A stretch of DNA of 64,000 bases from Lingula anatina (lineage: Eukaryota; Animalia; Brachiopoda): positions 18,348,587-18,412,586 of the forward strand of contig CM120648.1 of the NCBI GenBank assembly GCA_051362555.1, read 5' to 3'. Numbering within the stretch: position 1 is the stretch's first letter; each line of letters starts with the position of its first letter. This document shows positions 51,947-64,000 of this stretch, in pieces. The notes beneath the pieces were generated by a model, which saw only the letters and a list, made by a program, of their open reading frames with translations, was not told the DNA's origin and did not search any database. The position numbers were made by a program, and so were the translations under genes.

Positions 51947-54900
51947 TTTTTTTATTATTTTCTTATTCATTTTAATTTTATTTTTTTCACCTACAAGGCT
52001 AGAATGTACATCACACGACTCGGAGCACCGTCTCTAGATAGTTGCCTCGTTTTCAATTAGTCTACGTATCTGCGTATCTGCACGAAACGGAGGCAGCTAT
52101 ATATTCACTTTCACTTGGACTTAGGCAAGGATGTAAACAATGATGTAAGCGTGGTGACTTTTATTTTTTAATGCAAAATCAAAGCAAATGCACTGAAAGG
52201 TGATTAACATTTTATTGTATAAACAGTTTCGCAAAATTTGCGAACGGGTAACATTTTGTTTTCACATTTCTGAAATGAAGTTCGCTATAGCGAACTTTGC
52301 GAGCGTCTAGCGTGAGCCCAGTATTTCCATTAATTTTTGGCCTAGAAACATGTGTAGATTATCAAACCTGACTAAATAAGGGACAAGGAACCCATTTTTG
52401 ATCATTTGGAAGCAATTGGTGGCCATTTTGTGCCTCAAATCCAAGATGGCCGCCACCCACCATTTTGAAAATGGACATAATTTTGCTATTTTATGTTGAA
52501 TTTTAAAGCGTTTGGAATAACTATACTTGATATATATATGGATTCCTACTATTTTGGGGGTGCAAAAGTCATTTTTGATATTGTTATGGTGATAGTAGGT
52601 GATTTGAAAAAACAAAGAGGGTGATTTAAGTGCCTACCAAGATATGTGTGAAGACTGCAAAACCATGGATATTGATAACCCGTATTCAAATATATCTCAA
52701 TGCAATTTTTTGTTATATACTATCCATAATGGACTAAATTATGAGCAAAAAAAACTTATTTTTACCATTATGGAGGCCATTGTGGCCATTTTGTCCCTCA
52801 AATCCAAGATGGCCACCAAAAACCATTTTGAAATTGGGCATAATTTGCTATTTTGAAATTATATGTATTACATCTTTGTAAATGAGTAATACGTCGTTTT
52901 ATATTATTTTCTGGTGCAGAATACATTATTTGTTTCATCAAGTTTGTGCCTCAAATCCAAGATGACCCTCATATGCCATTTTCAAATTGAGCATTATTCA
53001 CCATTTTGAAACTATCACACCTTCATAAGCGTGCCATACGTCATTTTTGATTATTTCCTGGTGCAGAATGCATTTTCTGTTTCATAAAATGTAAATAGAA
53101 ACTTTTACAAGCCTCCAAATAAATATAGGATTCAGTCGCCACATGGGCCTGCAGTTTATATGTACAATTAGTAATCCAATTAGTGCAAAACTGCTTTTGC
53201 CCGATCTATAAAACAAGTGTCAGCAAACAAAATGGCTGCATTAAAGCAAAATAAAACATCTTTGACCGCATGAGGATAATTGTTAGCCATAATTTTGATC
53301 AAAACCAAGTGTTGGTTGCATGCCGCTATTTTAATAATTTGGTGTAATTTATAACCTTTAAACTGTGGGCTTGTCTTAGGTAAAATGGTACTATTCTGGG
53401 GGCTCAAAAGTAATTTTCCGGTGCTAATTTGGTGAGAGAAGATAATAAAAAGATACCGTAATATAAGGTTGTAAAATAAATTCCAAGATGAGTTTCGTTG
53501 AGTCTGTAACAAAAATGTGGAACCCGAACCACATGCTCCAATATATCATCTAGATTTACCTTAAGTGACCATCCACTAAAAGATACTGAATAATTTAAAG
53601 GTAAGCAATAAATATATATACATAGTGGTATTATATTATTAATCTTTTACTGGTCAATGTGAACCAAAAAGCCACATGTACATTTATGTCCCAGTCACTG
53701 GGGCTTGCATTTGCATGTTAAATATAGTCCAGAAAATTTGAAGGGTGAAATATGTGTCGTCTTATAATACTATGGAACTTGGTTAGTTGTACTGATGCGA
53801 AAATGCCCGTGAAAGACAAATGGACTTTGCTTTGAAATAGCTCCAGATCTTGTCTGCAAAATCATCCAGCAGCACACAAAAAAAAAAAAAAAAAAAAAAA
53901 CATGCATGATCAGCTCTGGTAGGCCAATAAGACAACAGCCAGTAAGAATTGAGGTTTTGTCAGTGTCCTATGAGAAACAGCCAAACAATATATTAAAATC
54001 CAGTTTCCAGAGAAACAAATCAATGTATGAGAACATGTCGCATCAGGGGAAAGTGGTATCTTTACACAAAAGAAGGAATCTGCAAAACCAACTAGAAAGC
54101 AGCAGCTGCGCAGGTAGGCAAGAGGGATAAAGCAAAAAAGTCGAGGAAGCAACCTCTTTTCCTAGTTGACAGTGCCAGTGATCATTCCTAGCATGATTTG
54201 GCCAGACAAGTCATCTCACTACCAATAGAAATCCATAAGGCAACTACATAGTTCTCATTGTTTCCAATGGACGAACAAGCACAAAACATCTACAGTATAT
54301 GACAACTACAGGAAAATTCATCTTGGAATCATCTTAAAATACCTTATGCCTTTGTTATTATCCTCTGTCACCAGAATAACACCGGAAATTAATTACGTAC
54401 TTCCAAAATAGTATCAATTGATGTATTACGATCATATATGAAAGTCCAACAGCTCAAAAAGGTAAATTATGCCATCATTTTAAAATAGTGACAGGCTCTT
54501 GGATATGAACAACAGAATAGCTAACAGTAGTCACCATAAAGTCGAATCAGCCATGCTGGTCTCTTGCACTTAATCTATGTCTGGCAAAACCATTTTATAA
54601 TTGTTATATAACATATTTTTGCACAAATTTGACTTCAAGACGTATACAAGCGAAGGTGCAGACGTAAGCCTGTATTGGTGTTGGAGCCTTGTAATATTTT
54701 CTTTTTGTATTATATCTCAGAAGAGATAAGACACGACTTCTACAACACAAATGATAAGAAACGATGTATAACATGCTAGTGTAAGAGCAATAGCTTCAAA
54801 TTGATGAGTTATGCCTTACCCGTATTTCAAAATTGTGACTGGCGGCCATCTTGGATTTGAGGATAAAAATGACTACCAATTGTCTCCAAAGCACCAAGTA

Positions 54901-57486
54901 TGTGTTCTTTACCTTTTTTGCCATTTTGGTCTTTGACGCTTGTTTCAAGCTCTTTGGGATTTAATAAAACATTTTGTACTAATTAGACTACATGGCACAT
55001 GTAAGTCTATTTGACAACATAAGGCTACATGCATATTGATTTTGGAGGCTAAAATAGTTTGTACTCACATTTCATGAAACAGATAATGTATTCTGCAACA
55101 GAAAATAATATAAAACGACATATTACTCATTTACAAAGATGTAATACATATAGTTTCAAAATAGCGAATTATGCCCAATTTCAAAATGGTTTTTGGCGGC
55201 CATCTTGGATTTGAGGGATAAAACGGCCACCAATGGCCTCCATAATGGTAAAAATGTGTTTTTTTGCTCATAATATAGTCCAATAGCGATGGTATATAAC
55301 AAAAAATTGCATTGAGATATATTTGAATATGGGTTATTAATATCCATGGTTTTGCAGCGTTCACACATATCTTGGTAGGCACTTAAAACACCCTCTTTGT
55401 TCCTTCAAATCATCTACTATCACCATAACAATATCAAAAATGACTTTTGCACCCCCAAAATAGTAAGAATCGATATTTATATCAAGTATAGTTAGACCAA
55501 ACGCTTCAAAATTCAACATAAAATAGCAAAATTATGTCCACTTTCAAAATGGTGGGTGGCGGCCATCTTGGATTTGAGGCACAAAATGGCCACCAATTGC
55601 TTCCAAATGATCAAAAATGGGTTCCTTGTCCCTTATTTAGTCAGGTTTGATAATCTACACATGTTTCTAGGCCAAAAATTAATGGAAATATGAAATATTA
55701 TATACTTTGGCACATAATTTGCATAATTTATGCTAATTAATGTATCGATAGAGGGCGTCTCTTTGGATAGAAAATTTTCTTTTGGCCCAAGGAACATTTA
55801 TGCCAAGTTAGACATTTGTACTACAAAATGCAGCATTTGGCCATTTTTTGGTCCTTAACAAGCCTACTATGATGTGGTCTGCCCAGAGTCCAGATGCACG
55901 ACCAGATGCAAACATACCTGTAATAGAAAATGTGTGGAATGATATGTCAAAACTTTTGACAAATGTCCGTCTAACCAGTAGAGAATAATAGTTATATTAT
56001 ATAGAAAATAGTTATATTCAGTGTTTCACGCTTGGGCCAGCATAATCCCTGAACTATATCAGACAATTATATGAATCCTTGCCTCGTAGGCTGGCACCTA
56101 TTATTAGGTCACTTGGCTATGCCACAAGGTACTGGACCTGAAAGTGCATATTTTGGGTAGAATGTATACTTGGTTCTCATTTTGTGATTTTTTTTTGTGA
56201 AATTTGATGTTAATAAAATGATACCAGGAGCATAATATTCCACAGTCATTTATCTCCCCCATAGTATTGGTGCAGTAGGGGAGACACTTCTATTGTTGTA
56301 CTTGCATTTTTTACTAGATTCTATTTTAAAATGGAGATATTAGGCAGTTCTCTATGAACATTTCATTCGCCTTTGGTGTAAATATTACAAAGGATTACGC
56401 AGTGCAGAGGTCAAATGTCTGATATTAGGGACATTCTGTCCAGCTCTTAAGGAATTATGGGGTAACATTTCATTAAACAGACTTGTAATTATTTCTGAAT
56501 ATATGTCTCGCCGTCTACAGGAGACACATGCAGCACTTAGACATTAGCTTCTAAATAACGCAGTCTGATGCAGATAAAATATATGCTCTTGTTGATAATG
56601 TACATAAATTTGGTGATAGTTGGCGGGGTCTTATCACTAAATGAATATTTTTACCTCTCCAGAAATCAATATAGAATATCAGATAAGATGGGCATGAATA
56701 ATGTAAATCTGCAATGTGGTATAAGATATGGATTTTCACACTGGTATTTTGTTTTATGTACCTTAGCCCATGTTGATTACAGTGTCTGCAATAAAAATAT
56801 TAGAGACGGTTAACAGGTCTGATGTGATCATTTGTAAACGAAAGCACATGCAATTGGAGGCGTGAAAACCTTTTTGATAAGTGGGTATGTTGTAATAGAA
56901 ATATAATATACGTACAAAGAAAATTTTGTAATAGACTTGCATAGTTGGTTCTGATTTTTATTCGAATATTAAATGTAACAAATGTATTACAAAACATATG
57001 TTTATTTATATAAGCTGTGAATACCTGTAGCTACGATGTTAATTCAAATGTCTGCCGGGCATTCTATTCATAGGCGTCTGATTTCCAACAACTGTACCAG
57101 CACAGCTTTTTCTGACCGTACCATTGGTGAATCCACTGGGGCAAAGTAAGCCCTCTCCCTCATTTCTTAGCGACGAAACCACATGTGGGCATGTATTATC
57201 CTTACCCCACTCTTTCCCTAACAGACAAAACCAGTCAATATTCCAATTCATGCGCTCTTTATTACAATAAAATTGTCCTGGGCTCGGAACCTCAAAAAGA
57301 TCGCTATGTTGCGCACGCGCTATAGCATGGCTAGCGTGCGCTATCCCGTATCTCGAAAGCTTCGCAAATCCCGGCCGTGCGCTAATGTCCAAATCGCCAT
57401 TAGTTTCGAGGCTATTATTTACGGCCATACAAACTAGACGCAAGTGTTTTTACGCATGCGTACTTGGTCATTATACTGAAATCGTC

Positions 57487-58297
57487 ATGGCGGCTAGTTT
57501 TGTTAGTATAAGAGAAAAATGCCAGGAAAATGCTAAAAGAAGGTGTGTGAGACATATAGATCCTATGGTAGAGTTCCAACCCCATATTTTTCATAAGAGA
57601 TACTGCATGACACAGGAGAATGTGCTCAAACTGACCAATATTATTGAGGAACCTCTGAAAAGACCGACTACGAGGTCTTGAGCACTGTCACCCACTACCC
57701 AAGTTCTTGCTGCTTTACGTGTACTTGATACTGGGTCAGATCACAAGGTGGTCGGCGACAGCCTTGATCTGTCACCAATGTCGGTGTCCAGAAGCCCCCA
57801 TGCTGTGGTAGATTCAATTTTAAACAGCCATGACCCAGCACTGCAGATCCAGTTTCCAACTGAAGAGGCAGATGTTAGGAGAGTGAAGAAGCAATTTTAC
57901 GATATTGCAGGCTTCCCTAATGTCATCGGTGCCATCGATGGTTCTCTAATTCCAATAAAAGCTCCATCCCAAGATGAGATTTGTTTGTTTGTCGTAAAGG
58001 CTTCCACGCTCTTAATATTCAAACAATAGTGGATGCCAAATTGAAGTAAGTTAATTAACATTTTAAAGGCATTCAGATATTAGAAAAACCTTTAGATCTA
58101 CCCTTTGGCTGTTTCATGTTTGTTTCTATTAACTTGTTAATTTCATTACATTATATAGGTAGTGTAATATACTGCATTATTATCCAATGTTATTTTATTA
58201 CCACTTATCAAACTTATATCTTGAATTATTATTCATTTTAAATACCTCAGAGAAAATTAAATTTCAATGTACATTAGCTTAAAAATATTATTTATCT

Positions 58298-58359
<62 letters not shown>

Positions 58360-58449
58360 GTTATTTTTATTTTCATTATTTTTATTATTTTAGGTTTACA
58401 AATGTAGTTGCAAAATGGCCAGGTTCAACTCATGACAGCTTCATTTTCA
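57487..58449 (+). pseudogene. Harbinger (HARBI1-like) transposase pseudogene
   Basis: QVLAALR..TGS, SVSR, GFPNVIGAIDGSLIPIKAP, RKGFHALNIQ, intron 58046-58393, KWPGSTHDSFIF; in-frame TGA at 57679-57681, frameshift near 57985, 3' half missing; likely element end CTG|GGCTCGG at 57281. Confidence 0.88.
58301..58356. repeat. (TA)n microsatellite
   Basis: Direct reading. Confidence 0.95.
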
Positions 58450-59772
58450 CTTTGATCTGACCCAGTAGAGACTACATGTAAAGCAGCAATAATTGGTGTA
58501 GCAAGCACTTGTGACAGTGTTTAAGACCTCGTGGTCAGTCTTCTTTAAGGTTCTTCATTGATCCCTTGAGTCAGTTTGAGCACATTCTCTGAAGTCATGC
58601 AGGATCTCTTATGAAATAGATGAGGTTGGAACTCTAGCATAGGATCTCTGAGTCTCTCACACACACTTCCATATTCTCCTGGTATTTTTCTCTAACTCTC
58701 AGTTGGATCATTTATGAATCATTGTGGGATGAATACGGATTATTGTTTCATTAAACAAAAAAATGAAATTTGATGTTCTCTTTAAAATGTCATAATTTAT
58801 TATATTTTGCATATAATACTAAGAACTGAAATTTAAAATAAGTGTACAAAATGACAAAGGTGTACAGGTTTGATTTAATATAACAGCTAGTGTTCATGCA
58901 GGAAATTTAATAACAAATTCCAGGAATCAAAAAGACTGATACTTTAAGTCAATTACTTTTGAAGTACACTTTCAATGCAAATAGGGCAAAATAAAATCAC
59001 TTTAAAGTTTATGTAAGAAACAAAACAGACGGTCAAGTTATGTTTTACATAAATTTTTTATTTCATGAAATAATAACATTATGAAAATATAAAAATAATA
59101 TTATAAACAATTTCATAAATGTATATTCTTGTCTAAATTAAAGTTAATAAGTACAATATAAAAATAAAGTCCTTTTCAAGGACAAAAGCAAATGAAAACT
59201 ATCCCTTCTAAAAGATTTGTAACAAATTCCAGTTCTTTGCCGAGGTCATAAACTTAGTTTAAAATACAGCACTGAATGATCAAACTGATTCACATATTGA
59301 AAATTACTGAATGAAAAATACTGAAAAATTATCAAAAAGAAATTGCATAAATTAAAGGAAAAAAATAATACAGTCAAGTTGGCATGTATATCCTTATAAT
59401 CATTCTTGTACGTAAAAAAATAAGTAACAAAGTTTTATTTTTCATTATATTTGTGGTGGCAGGGTCCACAATAGGGATTTTGCCAATTTTGATGCAATAT
59501 AACATAATACTCAACAGCATATTCACTACAAAATTAAAATAATATAACTATATGTGAAAGTTCACAGTACAGGGATGATGACTGCAAAAACAGATGCAAC
59601 TAATGGCTAGTACAGTGATGTACAGTAACATACAGCTAGTATGTGTCTTGGCAAAAACATAAAATATCATGATCCCAATAAGATGCACTCACTGGTAAGT
59701 ATCTACAAGAGAATCGCACTTCATTACATCCAACTTCATTTCACAGTATTCTGTTATTTTTTCAAATAACAC

Positions 59773-59895
59773 TTAGTTACTTTTGTCAATTTCTAATCTC
59801 TCCCTTTCTAATTGTAAACGCTCTTTTTCTACTTTCAACCTCTCCTCTAATGCTAAGCGACCCTTCTCTACGTTGTAAAGCCTTTCACTTACATC
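59773..59895 (-). pseudogene. Possible C-terminal coiled-coil exon of the Harbinger Myb/SANT partner gene
   Basis: VSERLYNVEKGRLALEERLKVEKERLQLERERLEIDKSN*, convergent with the transposase; the Myb domain itself is not seen. Confidence 0.45.
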
Positions 59896-60540
59896 TGAAA
59901 TTTGAAGATGTATGTAATTAATAATTAAATATAAAAATGATATAATAAGAACTCAATCTTTTCAATATTCTAAATTTTACAGATACTGTACTTTTAAGTC
60001 AATGTGATAATTTTTCATAAATGAACATATTCCTGTTGAGTTGCAGCAACAAAAATGAAAAGCCAACCATCTGACAATGTTGAACGCTTTCATAAGCTAT
60101 ATGTTTGAAATTACCAATAAAGTTTCATTTGTTAATAGGTTTAGAAATAATTAACTCATATGTTTCAACCAATTATAGACTGAAAAGCACACCTGGCTGC
60201 CCACAGATGGTAATGCCTACCACAGCCCTCATTTCCCTGATGAAGTCTGGCTGTAAGCAAAACCCTATATACATAGGTATATACTCCCCGAACAAATGAT
60301 TTAAGAGCATTACTTATTCAAACACAAATGTAAATATTAAAGGGGGTCTTTCCGATATGAGGGGAAATAAAACATATCCCAAACTTTTTCTTATATATGA
60401 AGGTCACGATCTAAACCAAAATTCGCCTTTGAGGTAGACGGCAATCAAAATAATTAATTATTTCACATTCGAGTCTGTATTGGAGAACCTCCTCTCCCCA
60501 AAATAGAGCGAACGTCAAATGCAGATGTTCCCACGGTCTT

Positions 60541-60630
60541 AGCCAATCAGAGTCTGCATTACTAAGCTCTCTGGCCAAAAATAGACAAGACGTCACGTGC
60601 AGGTGTACACACGGTTTTAGCCAATGATAG
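60541..60630 (+). promoter_or_regulatory. Promoter with two CCAAT boxes and an overlapping CRE/E-box
   Basis: AGCCAATCAG (60541), GACGTCACGTG (60590), TAGCCAATGA (60619), upstream of ATG 60677. Confidence 0.55.
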
Positions 60631-60676
60631 TGCGCATGCCAGGTAATACACGCATTCGGGCAAGAAGAAAGAATTT

Positions 60677-62642
60677 ATGGCGGAGGAGTTCGAAGTAAGT
60701 TGCTTTCATATGTATACGCGTTAGTTACATCGTTTATCCTTTATTATTATTCAACATATGAGAACAAAAAGATTTAAAGTTTAAGTTTTGGTCGGTGGAA
60801 TAGTCTAGAAAGTCAAAAATATTTCGGAATTGATGCGTGAGAGCCGGACGATAGTGCTTGATATCGTAATTTGTCATGTCGAAGTCAAACACCGAAAACG
60901 AAGAAGGATTGAGGAGGAAACGCATCAGCGACATCATAACAGACAGTCGTACTGTACATATCAGTTGGATTACACCTTTTCATAGATAGCTATGAACGTC
61001 AATTGAAGTCTGTTGTTTGCTTGCCTGTTTTCTGTTTCAATTTGACTAATATTTGTTGCAACTTTTCAGTTTTACCAATTTCATACCTTTAAGATTGAAA
61101 GAATTGTTGAGTCGGATGATGATACAAGCAGTCCGAGCAGCCCAGAACAAGAAGAACCTTCCAGGTAAGGATCTCCATTTTACTGTCAAATGTGATCAGT
61201 AGCCATCATTTTTACGCGTCATGTAGGCCCTAGCGTAACCTTACCTAGTATGCCATATATTTATAAATGACTTAGACCTTAGTGCTTCTTAATCTTACTT
61301 TAACTGAAGACAAGCATGTTATTACTTCAATAGCATTTATTTATTTCCTTTCTTTCTTTCTTTTTAATTGTAAAGCAGTACCAGTTCAGGTGGTGCCAGC
61401 CAAAGAAAGCCAGAAAGACGAGAAGGAAGATCAGGGAGACCACCAACAAGATTAAGGGGGGTTGGTTGTGGTGCAGGCAGCAGAGCAGAGCCAGTGGCAG
61501 GTCCAAGCACCAGTGGTTTGAGGCAGGGAAGAGGCAGGAGATCAGGAGTAAGGGGTAGGACATCAGGAGGAAGAGGCAGGACATCAAGAGGAAGAGGCAG
61601 GAGATCAGGAGGAAGAGGAAGGGAATTTCGGTTGACTGAGGAACAAGAAGAAAGAATAAGAGATCTCCGAGAGGCCAGGCACAAAGAACTAGAGGTATGA
61701 ATTATGTTGAAATCTACATTGGATATAAGAATTTTAGGTGTTGCCATATAACCATACACAGCTGCCATTGATATATCCCTTTCTTTAGTGTTTAGTATTT
61801 ATATATGTCTTTTTTTCCAAAAACTACTCTAATTATCTAATATCACTAGATATGTCAGACCAAAAAGGCTAATATTGACTTTTTATAAATTGACAGAGCA
61901 TGTGTGATGGTGTGGACAAGGAGGTCCTAAAAGGTATAGTGGTGAAAGTGTGTGACCGGAATCCTGCCCTGGCACTGGACATAAAGAAGATTTTGCAGGA
62001 AAACCTACCTGGTGGCAGTGACCCAGAACCTTTACCTCCACAGCCTGATTCACCAGATTGGTGCATGTGTGGTGCATGTGTAGAAATGCCCACTGAAGCA
62101 GAGAGGCTGTGTTGTCAAAAGCCTCCTGCTGAGTGTAAAAGCAGAGACCCTGTAAGTGGCTAAGAATGTTTAAAATGCAGGTGTAATGTTTACAATTTTT
62201 AAGAAGAAATGTTTCATTCGACATTTATTTGTAATATCTTCCTCATGTTGTATAATGACAAATTAAAATCAATTAAAAATGCAGTTATGATTAACATGTT
62301 TCTTTCTTACAATCATGAACTTAGTTTTTTTTTATTATTTTTTTGTTGTTATTTTATTTGCAGGTAATGGAATTAAATGTAACAGACGAATTTCATCTTG
62401 GGATTATGCGAGTAGCAAGGGGGGACATCCTGGGCTTCCAAAATGAAGATAGGCAGCCAGGAGAAGAGGACAATGCTGCCATGCGGCACAATGCCTATCG
62501 TAGTTTCATAATGTGGCAATATAACAGGCTTACTCCTGGTGACCGCAGAGTAATTCCGTCCTGTTGTGTTTGGTTCATTAGGAATAAGTTCCCCTCTCCC
62601 ACAGGTCAGTATAGGGGATTTGATCCAGGGCGTATAGTTTAG
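60677..62642 (+). CDS. P2X7 C-terminal ballast / nanor-like zinc-binding protein, ~313 aa, 5 exons
   Basis: Exons 60677-60694, 61094-61164, 61376-61694, 61897-62151, 62364-62642 join in frame; WCMCGACVEMPTEAERLCC, RHNAYRSFIMWQYNRL...RRVIPSCCVWFIRNKFPSPTGQYRGF. Confidence 0.87.
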
Positions 62643-63024
62643 AAGAGCAATGGACAGGGGATGGGAATGGGCCATCTCCCACTCATCCATTGGTGACTTG
62701 CTGCAGCAGTAAGGGGATGGGAATGGGCCATCTCCCACTCACCTGCTGTGTATGTCCACTGCATTTGTCTGCTAATAAGTTCAATAGATTTTTTATGATT
62801 AAAGAACAACAATTGTCACCAGGAGTTAGTCTGTTTACATGTCATTCTTTTCAAACATATAGTTTATTTTCTACATCATGTGTTATCAAACTCTCTGTGG
62901 ATATCTGAGATTCAAATCTGGTTATCATTTCCTTATTGGTTTTAGTGTAGAAATTTGTATTTCAAGATGTCTTAGAAGATAAGATTGTGTACTTGTTGCA
63001 CTTTTACTAGAAGTCATGCATTAA

Positions 63025-64000
63025 TTAGTACCACCAGTCGGGCGCCGGAAACAAGTCACCGTTACCGCTTCTCCTCCTAGACCGCAAGGACCTGTGTCCC
63101 CATCTCTTGGATTTAGGTCACATATAATCTCAACTTGAACACCCTGGTTTTTTTGTCTCCGTCGGTGCACTGGCCTGGGCGTGACGCTTGTTGAAATGCA
63201 CCCATGTCAAAATTTTTGAAAATTCAATGCTAAATATCTCCCAAACCAAAGGAATTATGGGAAAAATTACTACAGAAGTCTGACCGAAAGTCATATGTGG
63301 AGATTCCAAATATGCCCTTGGATTTGACTTTTGACCTTTTTTTCAAGGTCAAACAAGCCAAAATTTTCTAAAAATGGGAATTTTCTGTAAAAAAATATTT
63401 GTTTGTGCTAATTTTTGGAAACTACGCAGCCCTAAGCTCTCCTGTTATAGTGAGGGGTTACCATTGGGGACTCCTTTCATCTGTGAGAGTTTGGGGTCAA
63501 TAAGTGCATTTTCACGCGAGTAGAAGCCATTAGATACTGAAACTGAAAACTCGCTCTAAATCTGGAACGGTAAATGCCAGAGACCTCTTTTTTATTGCAT
63601 TTTGTAGACCTTGTCAAGTGCAATACTGGGGGTGGTGTCCATTTTTTGTTTTTGATATGGCTTAGGCGTTGCCCTATATCAAAAATTACAACATTACAAT
63701 ATTCAGTGGGGAAAATGTGAAATACTCCAAAATTAGCAGAGATACGCCCATAGTTACTATTGAACTTGAATAGGAAGTCATATACTGGTAATCTAACTGT
63801 GACCTTGAAATTGACCTTTGACCTACTTTTCATTATGAACTGCACTTTGCAAGTTTTCTGATCTTTATATCTCCAAAACTGGCAAAGATATGCCCATAGT
63901 TACTATTGAACTTGAATAGGAAGTCGTATACTAGTAATCTAACTGTGACCTTGAAATTGACCTTTGACATACTTTTCAGTACTGCACTTTGCAAGTTTTC
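63025..64000 (+). mobile_element. Helentron/HINE-like family A, copy 5 (cut by the window end)
   Basis: 5' end matches the 49605 copy; 146-bp units from ~63720. Confidence 0.75.

Larger units (their letters stand above)
47957..52321. mobile_element. Unclassified DNA transposon, 17-bp imperfect TIR, 5-bp TSD
   Basis: CTGTGCTCACTCTAGTC / GTCTAGCGTGAGCCCAG flanked by TATTT; the empty site is visible in the opposite Academ TIR. Confidence 0.8.
47783..55869. mobile_element. Non-autonomous Academ-like transposon with ~790-bp TIRs
   Basis: TAG...CTA termini, 3-bp TGA TSD; left TIR is 47783-47956 plus ~52327-52930, right TIR is ~55080-55869; repeated AAATCCAAGATGGC motifs. Confidence 0.75.
46791..56296 (+). 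mobile_element. Decayed Tc1/mariner transposon split by an 8-kb nested insertion
   Basis: TA|CACACACTGGACAATAGAAGTGTC left end; transposase relic 46972-47782 (SVRTVQR, GRPRK, VWGCI, QDDNAPCH) resumes at 55873 (WSAQSPD...IENVW); partial right TIR GACACTTCTATTGT. Confidence 0.88.
60341..63024 (+). mobile_element. Probable left part of a Kolobok (KolobokP-like) transposon
   Basis: TTAA|AGGGGG start followed by a promoter and a P2X7-ballast-like gene; right end and DDE gene are not in the window. Confidence 0.55.

Noticed and set aside
52930-55080. Possible Academ transposase remnants in the element interior
   Set aside because: No recognisable catalytic motifs in any frame
47784-55868. Polinton/Maverick, suggested by AGTAG-like ends and long TIRs
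   Set aside because: The TSD is 3 bp with TAG...CTA termini rather than 6 bp, and there is no polB, integrase or capsid ORF
61327-62224. Antisense Pro/Leu-rich ORFs
   Set aside because: They are shadow frames of the RG-rich and Cys-rich exons on the plus strand

Overview
AT-rich, intron-containing animal genomic DNA, probably from a marine invertebrate (the species cannot be fixed from sequence alone). The main feature is one plus-strand gene, about 3134-46743, with 15 predicted coding exons. Splice phases join in frame into a ~1272-aa protein with the architecture NHL beta-propeller - Roc GTPase - COR - complete caspase (SHG/QACQG, p20+p10) and no CARD or DED prodomain. This looks like a single-chain sensor/dimerisation-switch/protease. 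Introns and the 3' flank are filled with DNA transposons: two Helentron/HINE-like families carrying 146-bp and 161-bp tandem arrays; a full-length ISL2EU element (broken THAP-DDE transposase plus an apparently intact SAP-SWIM-YqaJ nuclease gene); Harbinger MITEs; a Tc1 foldback element; a DIRS/Ngaro RT relic; a five-level nest (Tc1 > Academ-like > unclassified 5-bp-TSD element > Helentron > MITE); a decayed Harbinger; and a probable Kolobok element with an intact P2X7-ballast/nanor-like gene. All exon models are manual predictions without transcript evidence.
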